NCBI GenBank assembly: GCA_030141605.1
Contig: JAQGDQ010000008.1
Span: 372,001-436,000 of the forward strand
DNA from: Tubiluchus corallicola
Taxonomy: Eukaryota > Animalia > Priapulida
Direction: 5' to 3'
Length of the DNA: 64,000 bases
Shown: one piece after another, positions 25,400 to 38,857 of the stretch
Position numbering within the stretch: position 1 is the stretch's first letter
How the letters are laid out: each line of letters opens with the position of its first letter
Notes under the pieces: model-generated
What the model saw: only the letters and a program-made list of their open reading frames with translations
The model's database searches: none
What the model was told of the DNA's origin: nothing
Made by a program: the position numbers and the translations under genes

Positions 25400-26320
25400 A
25401 TCACCAGTTTCACTGCTTAGTTACTATTATTCATTACTGTATCACCTTTAGTTTGTTAAATTGCTTGCTGATCATCACATATTACCAGTTGCTTCCTTTT
25501 CATTTACTTCCTGTTATATCATTACTGTATTACCAATTTCATTGTTTCCTATTATATCATTACTATATTACCAGTTTCATTGCTTCCTATTATATCATTA
25601 CTGTACCAGCAGTTTCATTGCTTCCTGTTATATCATTACTATATTACCAGTTTCATTGCTTCCTATTATATCATTACTATATTACCAGTTTCACTGCTTC
25701 TATTATATCATTACTGCATTACCAGTTTCATTTCTTCCTGTTATATATTTACTGTATTACCAGTTTCATTGCTTCCTATTATATCATTACTATATTACCA
25801 GTTTCACACTGCTTCCTGTTATAACATTACTGTACTAGCAGTTTCATTGCTTCCTGTTATATCATTACTATATTACCAGTTTCATTGCTTCCTGTTATAT
25901 CATTACTGTACTAGCAATTTCATTGCTTCCTGTTATATCATTACTATATTACCAGTTTCATTGCTTCCTATTATATCATTACTGCATTACCAGTTTCATT
26001 TCTTCCTGTTATATATTACTGTATTACCAGCTCCTTGCTATCCTGCCGTTGCTTCATAACGTACTATGAATAATATGGTAGCAGCAGTATTAGCTGTAAC
26101 GCTAGTTTCATTGTTTGTTATCTCATCATTAGGATCGTATCACCGGTTTTACTGTTTGTTACACTGTCATTACTACAATATCATCAGTTTCGCTGTTTGC
26201 TATTTTATCATTACTGTATCACTAATTTCACTGCTTGCTATCCTTTCATTACTGTATCATCAGTTTCATTGTTTACTATCCCATCATTACTGTATCATCA
26301 ATTTCGTTGTTTGCTGATAT
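25400..26320. repeat. 38-bp minisatellite, homogeneous core with degenerate edges
   Basis: Unit ATTACCAGTTTCATTGCTTCCT(G/A)TTATATCATTACT(A/G)T; best conserved at about 25480-26030. Confidence 0.92.
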
Positions 26321-27667
26321 GTTTTTTCCGCTCTCAACTGGCACAGGTAAACCAATGAACATAGAACTAGGTTTCTAGTATGTTCATTTCTGAACTGCAG
26401 CGAGCTACAGCTACTGTCACGTCCACAGTATGATTAATGATAGTTTATGCTGAAAGAATAGTGTGCAACTGGACCATGAATTCCATTACCTAAGCTCCAT
26501 TGCTTTACAAATATCTTCGCAAAACACGCAAATATTATGTCATTGATTATAATTTAATATAAATATATACAGTATATACTTTTTTAATATTGGCCGTCCA
26601 TGCCGTCACTTCGCGCTATTCGTGCATTTGTTAAATATAGCGGAACTATTAATCATCTGATACAAATTCTGCGAAACACAGTTTTATAAATAGGATGGAT
26701 GGAAAAGCCCTCTATTTATACGTTTCTGGATTTTTACATGGCGTAAAAAAGGACAGATGAATTAGTCACCCTCGCTGAGTTCGAAATTAATAAAAAAAAT
26801 CATTCTAGGTCAACAGTAAAATAAAATAAATTTAATTAGCCAGTATTTACTCCTACGTAAATGAACAATGCTTGGTTAGCTGTTAGGACTGAGAATCGTT
26901 TCTTACATTGATCATAATGGATCTGGCTGGTTGAGTAGTCCAAAATCTTGAGTTTGTAACCATAACATCTTTGGCTCAAATTCCCAGGTGTGATTCGGAT
27001 TTTTTCACCTTTCCTTCTTTGGGCCAAATGCTTAATAAATTGTGGAATCATTTCATCAGTGACTTAGAATATAGCAACAATGATTATATAAAAGTAGTAC
27101 ATGATTTCGCACAACACAACCATTGAATTTTAACAGATTGCTTAAAAGAGAAACTATAAGTGAAGCCATAATTACTGTGAGCGTTTACGAAACATTTAAA
27201 AAATATATAGCCCAAATGAAAAACGCTTCGTAAACTTTCACCGTCCAATCTATAGAACATCACAGAACCACAATAACCTCAATTAAGCAAAACTCGGCGA
27301 TAAAAGTAAATATGACAAATAGAACCAATTAGTAGACCATTTCCTTCATTTATTTGCAAAGCCCATGAAAGCAAACACTACATGCAGACGCGGCACAAGT
27401 TATTATTATAAAGAATGCAATTTTGTAGCAAGTTGCACAAATACTAGATCCTCGCTTCAATAACCAAATAGAACTCTTATCTACATTACTAAAGTTTTGC
27501 AACAAATACTATAAATGATTGGTACTATCTGAGTACATTAGTTTTTGTAACACATTGTATTACATCGCAGGAACTACTTAACTGCCAAACAGCCAAAGTA
27601 CATGAAGAGGCTTTGGGTAAACCAACACAAGCATGTATACGAGTATACATATATAGATTCTGCTCGG

Positions 27668-28373
27668 TGTATAAAAAATGGCCCATGTAAAAAATTTAAA
27701 TATGGCACAGAAAAAAATGGCACAAATGGAAAAGTGGGTAGAATGGCACATGTTTTACTTTGGCACACATAATTTCAATAATAAGAAAATAATTAATTTT
27801 TGAATTATGATGCAAAATGTAATATACAGTGGACGTGGCTTAACAGGCTCACTTTCCGACAAAGTCTTTTGACATAGTCCGTTAAACATTCTGTGCCAAG
27901 TGGAGTTTCAAAAGGAGACCCCAATATTATTATCATAGTAATGAACATATCAAGCCTGATCCTCAAAGTACCCAAAGAATAGATTAATTTATTTGAGCAA
28001 TACAATAACAATAGAAGCTGTATAGACATCAAAGAAAAGGCAGGATATATACATATATGTGCTGTTTGTAGTTGTCAGTTATTTATTCTTTAGTTTTAAA
28101 TGACCGTGACGTTTTTACTACAGTTCACACATGACGACGAGATATTGCTATTGTTTGTAATGAAAGGGTTTGTACCTTGAATATATCGTGTTTTATTATG
28201 TTTTATGTATTATTAAATGTTAGAATATGTTTGCTTCTGATTCGCACATGATACTAATTTAATGCAAATAAACTCATATTTACCAAGTGCGTCTTTTTTC
28301 CATACTTTTCCATTTATGCCATTTGTGTCATTTTTCCTGTGCCATTTTTTCTTGCGCCATTTTACCTACATTT
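27668..28373. mobile_element. Foldback-like element (copy B), same modular termini as 5270-6308
   Basis: AAAAAATGGCAC modules at 27670-27770, inverted GTGCCATTTTT modules at 28290-28365, and the same terminal TTTTACCTACATT as copy A. Confidence 0.55.
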
Positions 28374-28498
28374 AGTTTGCACACTAAGCCCATATACAAG
28401 ATAAATCAGTAATAATTCTACATTGTTGCAAGATAATCCATTAATATAGCTAATTAGCTATTGTCAAGCCCAATCTCCAGTACTCCATCCATCGCTAA

Positions 28499-28729
28499 TG
28501 ATGCATTCAAACTAGAGAGTTCTCTCGTACATTCTTGCATAAGTTCTCTTGAGAGTAAACTCGCAAGTGTGAACAGCTTTGCAAGCTCTCTTGCAAGTTA
28601 CTGCATAAGAAATCTCAGCAAATCTTGCCGAGTTTGAAATAACTTATGAGAGAACTTGCAAAGCCGTTTACTCTCAAAGAGAACTTGCACAAGAAGTTGC
28701 GAGAAAAACTCTCTAGTCTGAATGTGCCA
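28499..28729. mobile_element. PIF/Harbinger (Tourist-like) palindromic MITE
   Basis: TAA|TGATGCATTCAAACTAGAGAGTT..CTCG ... CGAGAAAAACTCTCTAGTCTGAATGTGCCA|TAA; near whole-length inverted symmetry and a 3-bp TAA TSD. Confidence 0.8.
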
Positions 28730-31700
28730 TAACAATGATTCCTTAATAATATTTCCGTTAGCAATAGTTCCTCTTTTTTTTGCACTATTAATATATTGTT
28801 TCATAAAATCATGTAACTTTAATTTATGTGACAGTAAAGCAGCACTATTACTGATTTACAAAAATAATGCACTGACATGTTCGATGATGTGAGACATTGC
28901 CTAAAAAATTACAACTCGAACAGATGTGCCACAAAGAAAACTTAAATCAGTAAACACCGGTAATAAATTACTGTGTGTGCTATGTGGTAAATAAAAAATT
29001 TCGTAATTCCAATATTCCAAGCGTTATTTAACCAATCTACACTCTTTGTATGTAATTGCCAAGACTGGCAGCCATAACAAACAGCACAATAAGTTTCTAT
29101 TATTTTTTATTTAAGCAGTACATTTATTGACTTTAAACTCATAATAATTCTATTAAACTGACTTACCAATTCACCTCATTTCTTTAAGACATCATTGTCA
29201 TCCACCAGATCGTATGTATTAATATTACCCAAGTGGATTGGATATAACACTTATGAGGCTATAGGTTATTTATTTACAAACTCAATTACAATTTAAAATC
29301 AATCATCAGTCAGTGATTGATTATATGTAATTACATCATTATACACACAGTACTGTGTTTTCTCTTGAACACCAGGATTATACTCAGAGTACTTTTTTGC
29401 TAGTGCTCCTCTTAATTTTACCGCAGACTGCTAAATCTAGTTTTTTCTTCGGGTCCTGCTACCGATGAAATTTTGTTCTAAAAATTTGCCCAGTTACTTA
29501 CCTCTTTGCTTCGAGAAAAACATAAACCAATATATTCTGGCAATAGAAATTTAAACCTAAAAATTCTACTTTTGGACTTGTATTTAGTGTTCTTACTTTC
29601 AACTGTAACCTCTTTACCTTCAGTACCAATAATTTGGGCTGATCTGTATAAAAAAATAACGAATATGCCACTGCGTACATGTACCACATAAGGTATCACA
29701 AAACCTATAATACAAAAATATATTTTTATTATTTAGCTGCCACTAATTTAAATTATTCATATTGGCTGTAACAGTTTTTTTCAGATTCTTCCAAAGATCA
29801 AAAACATAATCTAGTCTAATTTGATATCTTATCAAAATAAATAAAAAAGAACTGAGGGTTTACACCTTGAAATATAGCATCAGCTCACATAAACAAAGAA
29901 AAATACACTACTTATCTCATATGACCATTGCCACTATCATTACCAACAACAAATTGTTGAAAACATTCCTTGAGTAAGCCACGCGAAATACGTATGCAGC
30001 ACGGGTGTGGTTTGGTTACACAGAGTGTACTACGAGTGTGGCATGAATCCAGGAGGCCATACATTCAGCATTACTCATACTCGTAATAGTACAAGTCCCG
30101 GGAATAACCTTGACAAGAAGCGAACCTTCCAGGCTAGCCACGACAAACTGAAGGGAGATTGTAATAGTGTGAATTGTGCAAACGTATTTGTAAAAAGTAT
30201 AAGCAGTTAAGGCAAACTTCTCTCTCTGTTTAAACGTAAAAAAGGAAAAGGCAAAATAAACGGTTTAATTCAGCAGTGAAGGCAAAATATGATTGGGTGT
30301 CAAAATGTAGTTTAGACATTGTCGATAACCATAAACACAAATAAAATGCTACTGTATCAAAATTTTCCTGCAAGTGTATAGAAACTATGAGATTTCTACG
30401 CTGCATAAAGTAGGTGTTACAAGTATTCCCGCGAATCAAACCATGCCGCAATGCTAGCCACAACTTATGGGTTAACACGTGCACAGTAATTAAGGTAATA
30501 ATTAACCTTTCTAGCTAAATTTCACGAAAACTATGTTTAGCCTATGTAAAACATTCCAACACTCCCGATATGACGGAAGACATATTTTGAAAGATTTCTC
30601 TCGATTTTCTAAATTCCAATTTTCACCTACTGTTACTCAAACGTAAAAATCGTGATCGCAGTAAGGATAAAACACCCATTCCCTTTGCCCAAAATAGAAT
30701 CGCCCATTTATCGTGCTAGACAAGGCGATTAAAATCGTCTTGGAAGAAGCGCAAAAAAACAAAAGTAAACGACTGCACAAAAATTATACGGCTGTTAAAT
30801 TTTAGTACATAAGCAATATTTTTTCAAAGCTTTTCTTCTCTGGGACACTGTTATTTTACAATCTTATCTAATGGACAACGTAGCAAATTACCACTCGATG
30901 TCAGAAGCATTATTTGGACGGCACATCGAGCACATAGCAACCTGACAATGAGACATTTAAAAATAAAAAAACCAACCACGCTGCAATAATAAAAAAGCAC
31001 CAGATACCAGTGACGTCATGGGAAAACCTCTGTACTTCTGATATTTTTTCATCTATTGCATATAGTGCATTGAAGTAGGTGTGGACAAAGCTATTCTGAG
31101 CTCAACATTAAGGTCCACCATTCAAAATTGCATCAAAACCTGTAACACACCCAAAACTGATATAGCATTTAAAATTAGTGGCAGTGATGATGATGATGAA
31201 GGTAACAATGACGATAACGTTGATAAACTTCTGTGATGCCGACAACGTTTATGAAATTTGATTGAATGACAATGAGAGAAGTTTTGGGGGTGATGAAGAT
31301 GATGAAGAGGACATCCGAAAAGAAGATAAGGGGAAGAAGATGATTAGACTAAACGAACAACTTCAGAAATTTATGTAAAAATATAATACTGTAAAAATAA
31401 CACTATGTGTGTTGAATGTGTTCTCTCTCTAATTGAGGAGAACTGCTGATTGGTTCACAAGCAATTAAGGTTCAGAGACGCTGAATGTTAACAGCAAGTG
31501 GATGGGCCCCTCTGAAAAACTGCCTCTGAACAGTTTTGTCTGTCAAACTACCTTCTAGTTATTAATCTTGAAATATACAAACATGGCCAAAACACTGCTG
31601 CCAGTTCAGTGTCTCATCGTGCAATAAGTAACCTTTCAGTTAGCTAGGTTTTTGCCCTACCACAAACTATCTACATAAAAAACACCACCACTGAGGCTAG

Positions 31701-31915
31701 ATTCAGTTTGTCGAGTGAAGATAAAAAAACAGTCTAACTATATCACACGTCATCAGTCATACATACCAGCTATCTATAGACGTTTTATCTAAATGAGAAA
31801 AATAACAGTGGTGGTGGTGTTAATGAAGTAGTGTTCGTCATGGTGGTGTTGATGGTGGTGACAGTGATAATCGTGGTGGGTGTAAGAGTAGTAATAGTAG
31901 AAGTACTAGTGTTGG

Positions 31916-34755
31916 TGTCAAGCAATTTAATCTAGCATTCTATTATTATTTGTTTTCTTTTCGTATTTTTACAAACATGCATTTCCTGGAAGTCTTTAAA
32001 ACGAAGCCAGCCTTAGTCATGTGACCTAAGCTTTATCTTGTTTTTACACGTAGTTAGATTTCCTGTTGCCGCTATGCTGATCATGCCGTTTGGTGATACA
32101 TGCATTGCTTTGTCTATTTTGTTACAAGTTATGGCTCATTTACCACTCACGGAGAGCAACCTACGCAAGATGCACAAGCCCGATTTGAAGAACTTATGTA
32201 TAGACTATGGATTACCAGAGGAGGGCACTAAGGACCAACTCATCGCCAGGATGCTGAAGGACGCGAGAGACGCCCGCCATGAAGCCGAGAGAACAAGCGA
32301 CGCCATGATAGATGATTTACTTGAGCCGACAAGCGAATCTCAGACACCTGATGGTTAAGGTCAACAACCACCTGTTGCGGACTTGCAGCAGTGTACGTTA
32401 GTAGACATCTCACGAGAGCAATCGCAAAGAATGCCGGACTACAGTAGCCATCGACCACCAGTTAGTGGGCTGTTCAATGCATATTCGTTTGCCAGGGATA
32501 GTAGGCCGATTAGTCAGGAAGATATTAGCCTTGCACCTGTAACTAAAACTCAGCCAAGGTCACCTGCCCATTCAGTTAAATCTCGCATTAGTAACGTTAG
32601 CCGTCGCTCACAAGCGTACATTGAGAAAGCCCTATAATTAAATAACGAGGAAGCCAAAATCAAATGGCCCATGGCTGAAGCTAAAATTCAGCAAGAATTA
32701 AACGAAATTGAAAATAAGCGAGCATTAAATGAGGTCAAGTTGCACAAAAGCCTCTTGTCTGCAGAAATGGAAGACGACGTCGATGAGGATGATAAGTCAG
32801 ACGGTCTGTCAGTCGGTTCAAACCGGTCGTTCCTGTCGAATAGGTCATTTGCCAATCGTCACCGCAACGTCAATCTGCTGTTGTCCAGGATCCAAGACCA
32901 CAGCAGAGCAACGAGTTACTTGCTAAAGCTTTTCTAGATCAAGCGAAATGTCTTAATCAGATAGTCAGTTTGCAAAAATTACCGCCGCCTGAATTGATGA
33001 AATTTAATGGACATGACGTAACGAAATATAACGCCTTTTCACAGTTTTTAAACAGACATTTGAAACTTGCATAACCGATCAATTGCAGTTGTACAGATAT
33101 TTGGTTCAGTACACTGAAGGAAAAACACAGACATTATTTAAAGCATCAGAGAATAATAGGAAGTCGTACGACTATGCCGTTGCCACATTGCACGCTAAAT
33201 ACGGGAATTCGTCAGTCGCTGCTGCAGCATTTAAAACTAAATTGAGATCTTGGAAGCCTATCACAAAAATGGATGACGTCAATTCAGTTGAAGAGTTTTC
33301 TGCTTTTCTGAACAATTGTGGAGTATCTATGCATGATAATGCATATTTGTTATCGCTAGATGACCCCTGTACTATGCAATTCGTTTGTTCTAAGCCACCC
33401 TATCACATGCAAGATCAAGTTTTTGGGTATGCGCAGAAAATATAGAGGCGTAATGGTAGACCACCGAAATTCACCAAGGTAGTAAAAAAATATCAGTGAC
33501 ATTTTGAAAAGTTTATCTCAGTCTATTCTTAGCCAACAAGCTATGGCAAAATCTACAGATAAAGGGGAGAGCATACATTTAAGACTTCCAAAGGTGGTAG
33601 TCGCAAATCGTCATCATTCGCTATTGACTCTAATAATATGTCAAAGAGTCAAACTCTAAAACAAAGGCCTTGTTTTTATTGCACAGCTACTAATCATCAT
33701 TTACATAAATGCAAAGAGTTCAGTCAGCTTTCCTATGATGCCAAAAGAAAGTTTGTCAAAGACAATAAAATTTGTTTGGGATGCCTGAATGAGACTTTTC
33801 ATGCGTATAAGGATTGTAGATCTAAGAAACATTGTGATATATGCAAACGCACGCATCCCACGGTGCTTCATATCGACACGCAATCACAGTCAGGTGTAAG
33901 CAGTGATAGTTCACAGTTACAAACAGATGCAGTATGTGAAGAAAGCCGCAATGCTAAGCCTACAAATCAACATCAGTCAACTTCGACTGTGTCAATTTCT
34001 CGTATAAACACTAGTAACGTAGCTTCAGCCGACAGCGTAGTTTCAATGGCAATAGTACCAGTTAAGATCTTTCACAAAGATAACGTTCGTAATAGCCGCG
34101 TAGCCTACTGCTTCTTAGACCCAGGTAGTAATGACGGCGTCATTTCAGAAGAGCTAGCTGAAGAATTAGGGGTTACCGGGCAGAATACTGTCATCCGCCT
34201 ATGCACACTTAGTGGGACTCATTTAATTAAATCACAATGAATTGGTGGTTTGTGCATTTCGCGCTTGAATGGTAGTAATGTCGTCGAGTTGCCACGTTTG
34301 TTTACCAAAGAGTTAATTCCTGCAGATAGAAACGAGATACCAGATCCTAACAAAGTGAAAGAATTGATGCATTTGAGTGACATAGCAAAATCCTATAATG
34401 CACAATGTTGAAGTTGGTTTACTATTAGGCATGAACACACCAAAGGCAATGGAGCCTCTGCAAGTCATTAGCCACCCAGACTTTAATTGTTATGCTGTCC
34501 TTACCCGCTTAGGCTGAACGGTACAGGGCGTAATTGGTAAAGTGTCACGCAAAGGTCTTAGATCCAGCTATAGCGGGGTGATATGCACAGATGCCGCCAT
34601 TGAAGAAATTTCGTCTTGTCAGTTTAGCATCCCTACTGCCATTCAGAATACAACTGATGCTAATGGTTATGGTGATTCTCAAGAGGAAAAGCTTTTCATG
34701 AGCAAGGTTACTGCACAGACTTGCCACAAGAATGGAAAATATATTGTGCCGTTGC
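31916..34755 (+). mobile_element. BEL/Pao LTR retrotransposon 5' part (Gag with N-terminal SAP domain, zinc knuckles, aspartic protease), pseudogenised and truncated before RT
   Basis: Gag ATG at 32131 continues in frame through premature stops; DUF1759-like LYRYLVQYTEG..LHAKYGN; three knuckles CFYC..HHLHKC, CLGCL..HAYKDC, CDIC..HPTVLH; protease FLDPGS; VGLLLG..LTRLG; ends at KNGKYIVPL. The left boundary (TGTCAAGC) is tentative. Confidence 0.9.
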
Positions 34756-35433
34756 ATGATTAAGCAGTGTGTGATATCGAGAAATGTAGCAATATTTATT
34801 CCTCTCTATAAAGCTGCTGTTTGACCCATTCTGGAATAAGAGTTGATTGTATGGTCAACCCGGTATGCTACTCTCAAGAATGCTCTCGGAAGAACTCAGG
34901 ATAGATGTACTCGTATTGCTATTGATTTGGATCCTGCTTCAATTTCTACTCTTGAGCAAAGGCGTGAGATTGTAGACCTTGTGAACTGCTTCAAATTAAT
35001 TAGTGGAAGTACAGTTCTGATTGTAGCAGACTTTTTTCCAGGCCTCACAGAGTTCTTCGTGGTCATGAGTCTAAGTTATTTGTGCAACCAGTTAGAACCA
35101 TCATCAGATCACACTTCTTTGGGCATCATGTGTAGTTCAACCATGGAATCATCTTTCATCATCAACCATCAGTGCTTCATCAGTTGACAGCATCAAAAGG
35201 CATATGAAAGAGGACCGTTTATAGATAGATACCATCCAGGTCCTTATTTCTTTGGATAAGGTATTCTTTGTATAAAGTAAACTGTTGCAACAAGTTACTA
35301 TATTACTATAGGGGCAGTGACCTGATGACCGTATGGTCCCTTCGCTGCCCCTTCTCCATTACATACTTTTTTTATTGTTGCAGAAATTGTTGCTTTTGTG
35401 GAGGAAAATAAAGTGAACTGAATTGAAATGAAA
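34756..35433 (+). mobile_element. 3' end of a CR1-type LINE abutting the truncated BEL element
   Basis: IFIPLYKAAV*PILE*ELIVWS..LGRTQDRCTR, STLEQRREIVDLVNCFKLISG, RGHE..PWNHL across frameshifts; AATAAA plus a (TGAA)-like tail at about 35407-35433. Confidence 0.8.
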
Positions 35434-35875
35434 TATGATTAATGTATAATTTCCCTAGCAAGCACGATATGTGAAATTTATTATCTAGCCGGTAGATAAA
35501 CATAAATCAACAAAAATCAAGAATTCAAAATTTAGAAATACAGTACGCCAAATTGGCCATAAAAACAATTTACTATATACTAGTATTAGTTAAATTTAAT
35601 ATTGAATTGAATTAAGCTTACCAAGTACAATGTGATAGTCCAAAATGTGATCACGTAACAATTTTACAAAAATTTGAAAGGAACAATCGAGCTCAGAGGG
35701 AAACAAAAAAGAACACAAATAAACTTTCAACAACACTCCACTTTAACTTACTGAACTAATGCAGGATGGGTGAAAATTAGTACAAATAATACGGTACATC
35801 TTTTCCCGGGCGTACGCTAAATTAATATCTATGTCGTGCGTGCTTTCCGCCGACCACTATCCGTAATATACTATA

Positions 35876-36290
35876 CACGAGTGAGCAATCTCTACCAGAA
35901 AGCGAATTCGAATCGAATTTGTGACTTTCGAATCGAACCGAACTTCAGTATTTAGACTAAAAGATTTTTGAACAAGTGTTTAAACCACCAGTAAAAATTA
36001 GCCTTACAAAGGTATGCATATTATTCGATTTTGTTCTACAGTAAAACCACTAATAGTTTGTTTAAAATTGAGCACAGAAATCACACCTAAATTATGCTAA
36101 TTGCATGATGTATCAATCGCTTTAATGATAAAGGACATAATGTGATTGAATTGCTGAATTATTCCAATCTACAGTTTTAGGTTCGAATCAAATTCAAACG
36201 TATTAAACATGAATCAAACCGAATTTCTAGCATTTTCGAATCCCATTCTAATTCGAATTCAGTTTTAGAGATTTTTCGAAAGCTTTTCAA
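35876..36290 (+). mobile_element. Degenerate copy of the TTCGAA-rich hAT MITE family (related pieces at about 38060-38160 and 38715-38812)
   Basis: GTGAGCAATCTCTACCAGAAAGCGAATTCGAATCGAATTTGTGACTTTC matches the 38858 copy. Confidence 0.65.
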
Positions 36291-36544
36291 ATCACCAACA
36301 ATAAAACTGATTCGATTATATATCCTGTTATTTAATCATTCCACCCTGATAAGAAAAAGGTGTGTAAACAATTTTTTATAAGTAAGGAGACATCTTGTTT
36401 ACATTTTTCTTCAAAAATTGGATTTGAAGAAAATATATTTCATCTTTTATCAGTACAGACTGTGTTGCGAATGTTATTTAAAGTTATGACTCAGTCTTTA
36501 GAGGAGGCAACTTGTTTGCACACTTTCTCACACTGAGCCATTAA

Positions 36545-37300
36545 ATGAAGGGTGGTCTTATAACAAAAGCTCAAACATATATAAGCTTGAAAATAAATGA
36601 AAGCAAAACTGAGAAGTTTCACATTTTACACAAAGGCGATGGATCATGGAAAAAATGTAAACACCTTCGCAGTCTGTTAGGCACTGAAGATGTCAAAAGA
36701 AGGAAAATATTGGCATTAGTGGCTTTCTCACAACTTAAAAATTTAATATACAGTAACAAGAGTATTAGTCTATAACTGTAAACTTAGGATCTTCAACACT
36801 TACATATTTTCCAATTTTTCTATACAATTTGGAATTGTGGGCCTTTCAAAGTCTCCAGCTGAATAATTAGCTGCCAATTGATTATTGCTTTTCAACGATG
36901 TTTATACAGATCATTATTGTCAATAACATTGCCAAAGGTTGTAAGTAACAAAGATTTGTATGACAAAGTCAAGGAAGAAGAATGGACCATGAAAATAAAG
37001 CGCAGGGGACTTAAGTGGGGTCATGCTCTGAGAATACCTGAAGACAGTCTACTTACAAAAGCTTTCGTTCTGTGCCATGAATCAATTCATCTACCAAAGG
37101 AGCCCAAGTTTGGGAGATTGCCACCACCCAAGCCTAGGAGAAAGTAGATTGCTCACATGGACGGATTTCAAACAAAAATACCTGAATACATTGGGCTTCT
37201 CTAATTTTGAAAGACGCTTCACCATGGAGAGTAGCAAAATAACATACCATATGACAGCAGAAGGTGGACGATGTAATATCACTGTAGATGATTAGTACAT
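36545..37300 (+). mobile_element. RTE-clade LINE, C-terminal ORF fragment
   Basis: LKINESKTE..WKKCKHLRSLLGTEDVKRRKILA..LRIFNTYIFPIFLYNLELW..AFQRCLYRSLLSITLPKVVSNKDLY..IKRRGLKWGHALR. Confidence 0.75.
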
Positions 37301-38857
37301 GCCATAATTATGATATAATGATATTAGTTGATTTTGTTTTGCAAAAAAATATTAATTTACAAATTTAGCACCAGCACAACCAGTGTAGCAATATAACTAG
37401 TATTATCATATAATAAATAATACTGCACATAATGTAGGCAAAAATGTATCGTGTTGTCATGCAGTGATTCACACTGGTGCGTTCGCTTTAACCACACTCT
37501 TTTGTATCCACCTGATTTTTAAATCAAGATTGTTACAATACATTTCAAACTGTTTAAAATTGGAACATGCTGATGGTCTCCTATTCTTCTAGATTAAAAT
37601 CAGCTATACTTGGCTAACTTTTATTTTTGTAATTTATTTTTTTACGTTTTCTGTTTTTTATGTTTTACAATTAGCTGCATGCTGCACAACTAGATTATTT
37701 CAAAGAAGGCAAAATTTTAAAGTTAATGCAAACGAGCTATCAAATGCAAAAAAGACCAATAGGTTAAATCAGAACCTACTGTTATACTGGTTTTCTGCAT
37801 CCTGAAAGCATTTCTTGAACAAGCATTTCTGGGAACAAGTGCAAGCCTTCCTTTTGAAAATGGGCTAGTGATTTGCCATAACATCATGTTAACTTTACTA
37901 TATTAATATATCACAGTGAAAAAAATAAATTCCCTTATAGTCATGTGTTAAAAGAAATTATTACCTGCAGTTCAAAAGGAACGCTTGTATGTACACTTGT
38001 TTTGTACTTTCAACTCCTCCAGAGGAGTGACAAAATACTACAAGAAATTGAGTTAGAATCACATCGAATTGCAAAATTTTGAATTCAATTCGAATTTCGA
38101 ATAAGTAATAAAAGATAGCCTCAAAAAGATCATGCATGTTATTTGGTTTTGTTCTGCAGTAGAAGTCAAAGGAGAAAAGTGGATCAGCAATCACAGAATA
38201 CTTAACTGGTAGGTCATGTGCTGTAAAATTAACTTAAAATAGTTCTTTATTTTAAAAGGATTTTCAAGAATCAATTCAAATGAAATTCATGCAAGAAATC
38301 TCAAAGGAACATCTCTATTATATAATTCTGAAAGATATACTTCATCTTTCTGGAAAGTATAGCTAAGGGCTGAAGCTTTTGGCAGCAGAGGATGTTATGT
38401 CCTTTGATGAATAAATATATAATATGATATGATATGACTATTATTATTTTGTTTAAAAATTGTGCACAGACATAAGACATTGCAGCTAAATCGTGTTGGG
38501 AGCATGCTGTTTCAAATGTCGTGATGATAAAGGTAGTATCTAGTCATATCATCATCAATATAATGCCCACCATTATGTCTGTTGTAGACTTTGGGGCAGA
38601 CAGATTTTGAAAAGAAAACTGTCCTCAAAACAGGTAAAAAAACTGACATTACTATGCCAGCGGCTTAATTGTCAACACCACTTCCGCAAAATAGTATGTA
38701 GTGAAGTGGTGGATTATTCGAATTCACAATTTTAGGTTTGAATCGAATTCAAATAAAACACTCGTTCTAATTGAATTGGAATATTGGAATTTGATCTTTA
38801 GATGCTCACCATGCCTAGGGTTATCACTTACATGGTTAATTGAACTTGCATGCACAG

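Noticed and set aside
25393-26317. Regularly spaced repeats that might suggest a CRISPR array or membrane-protein ORFs
   Set aside because: Units are contiguous 38-mers with no unique spacers, there are no cas genes, and the context is eukaryotic.
26836-27060. piggyBac-like VTDEMIP..YGYKL fragment
   Set aside because: Motif spacing is wrong and no TTAA/TIR ends were seen.
30870-31350. MDNVANYHS plus an acidic tract resembling a Tc1/pogo transposase remnant
   Set aside because: Too short and degraded; no TIRs identified.
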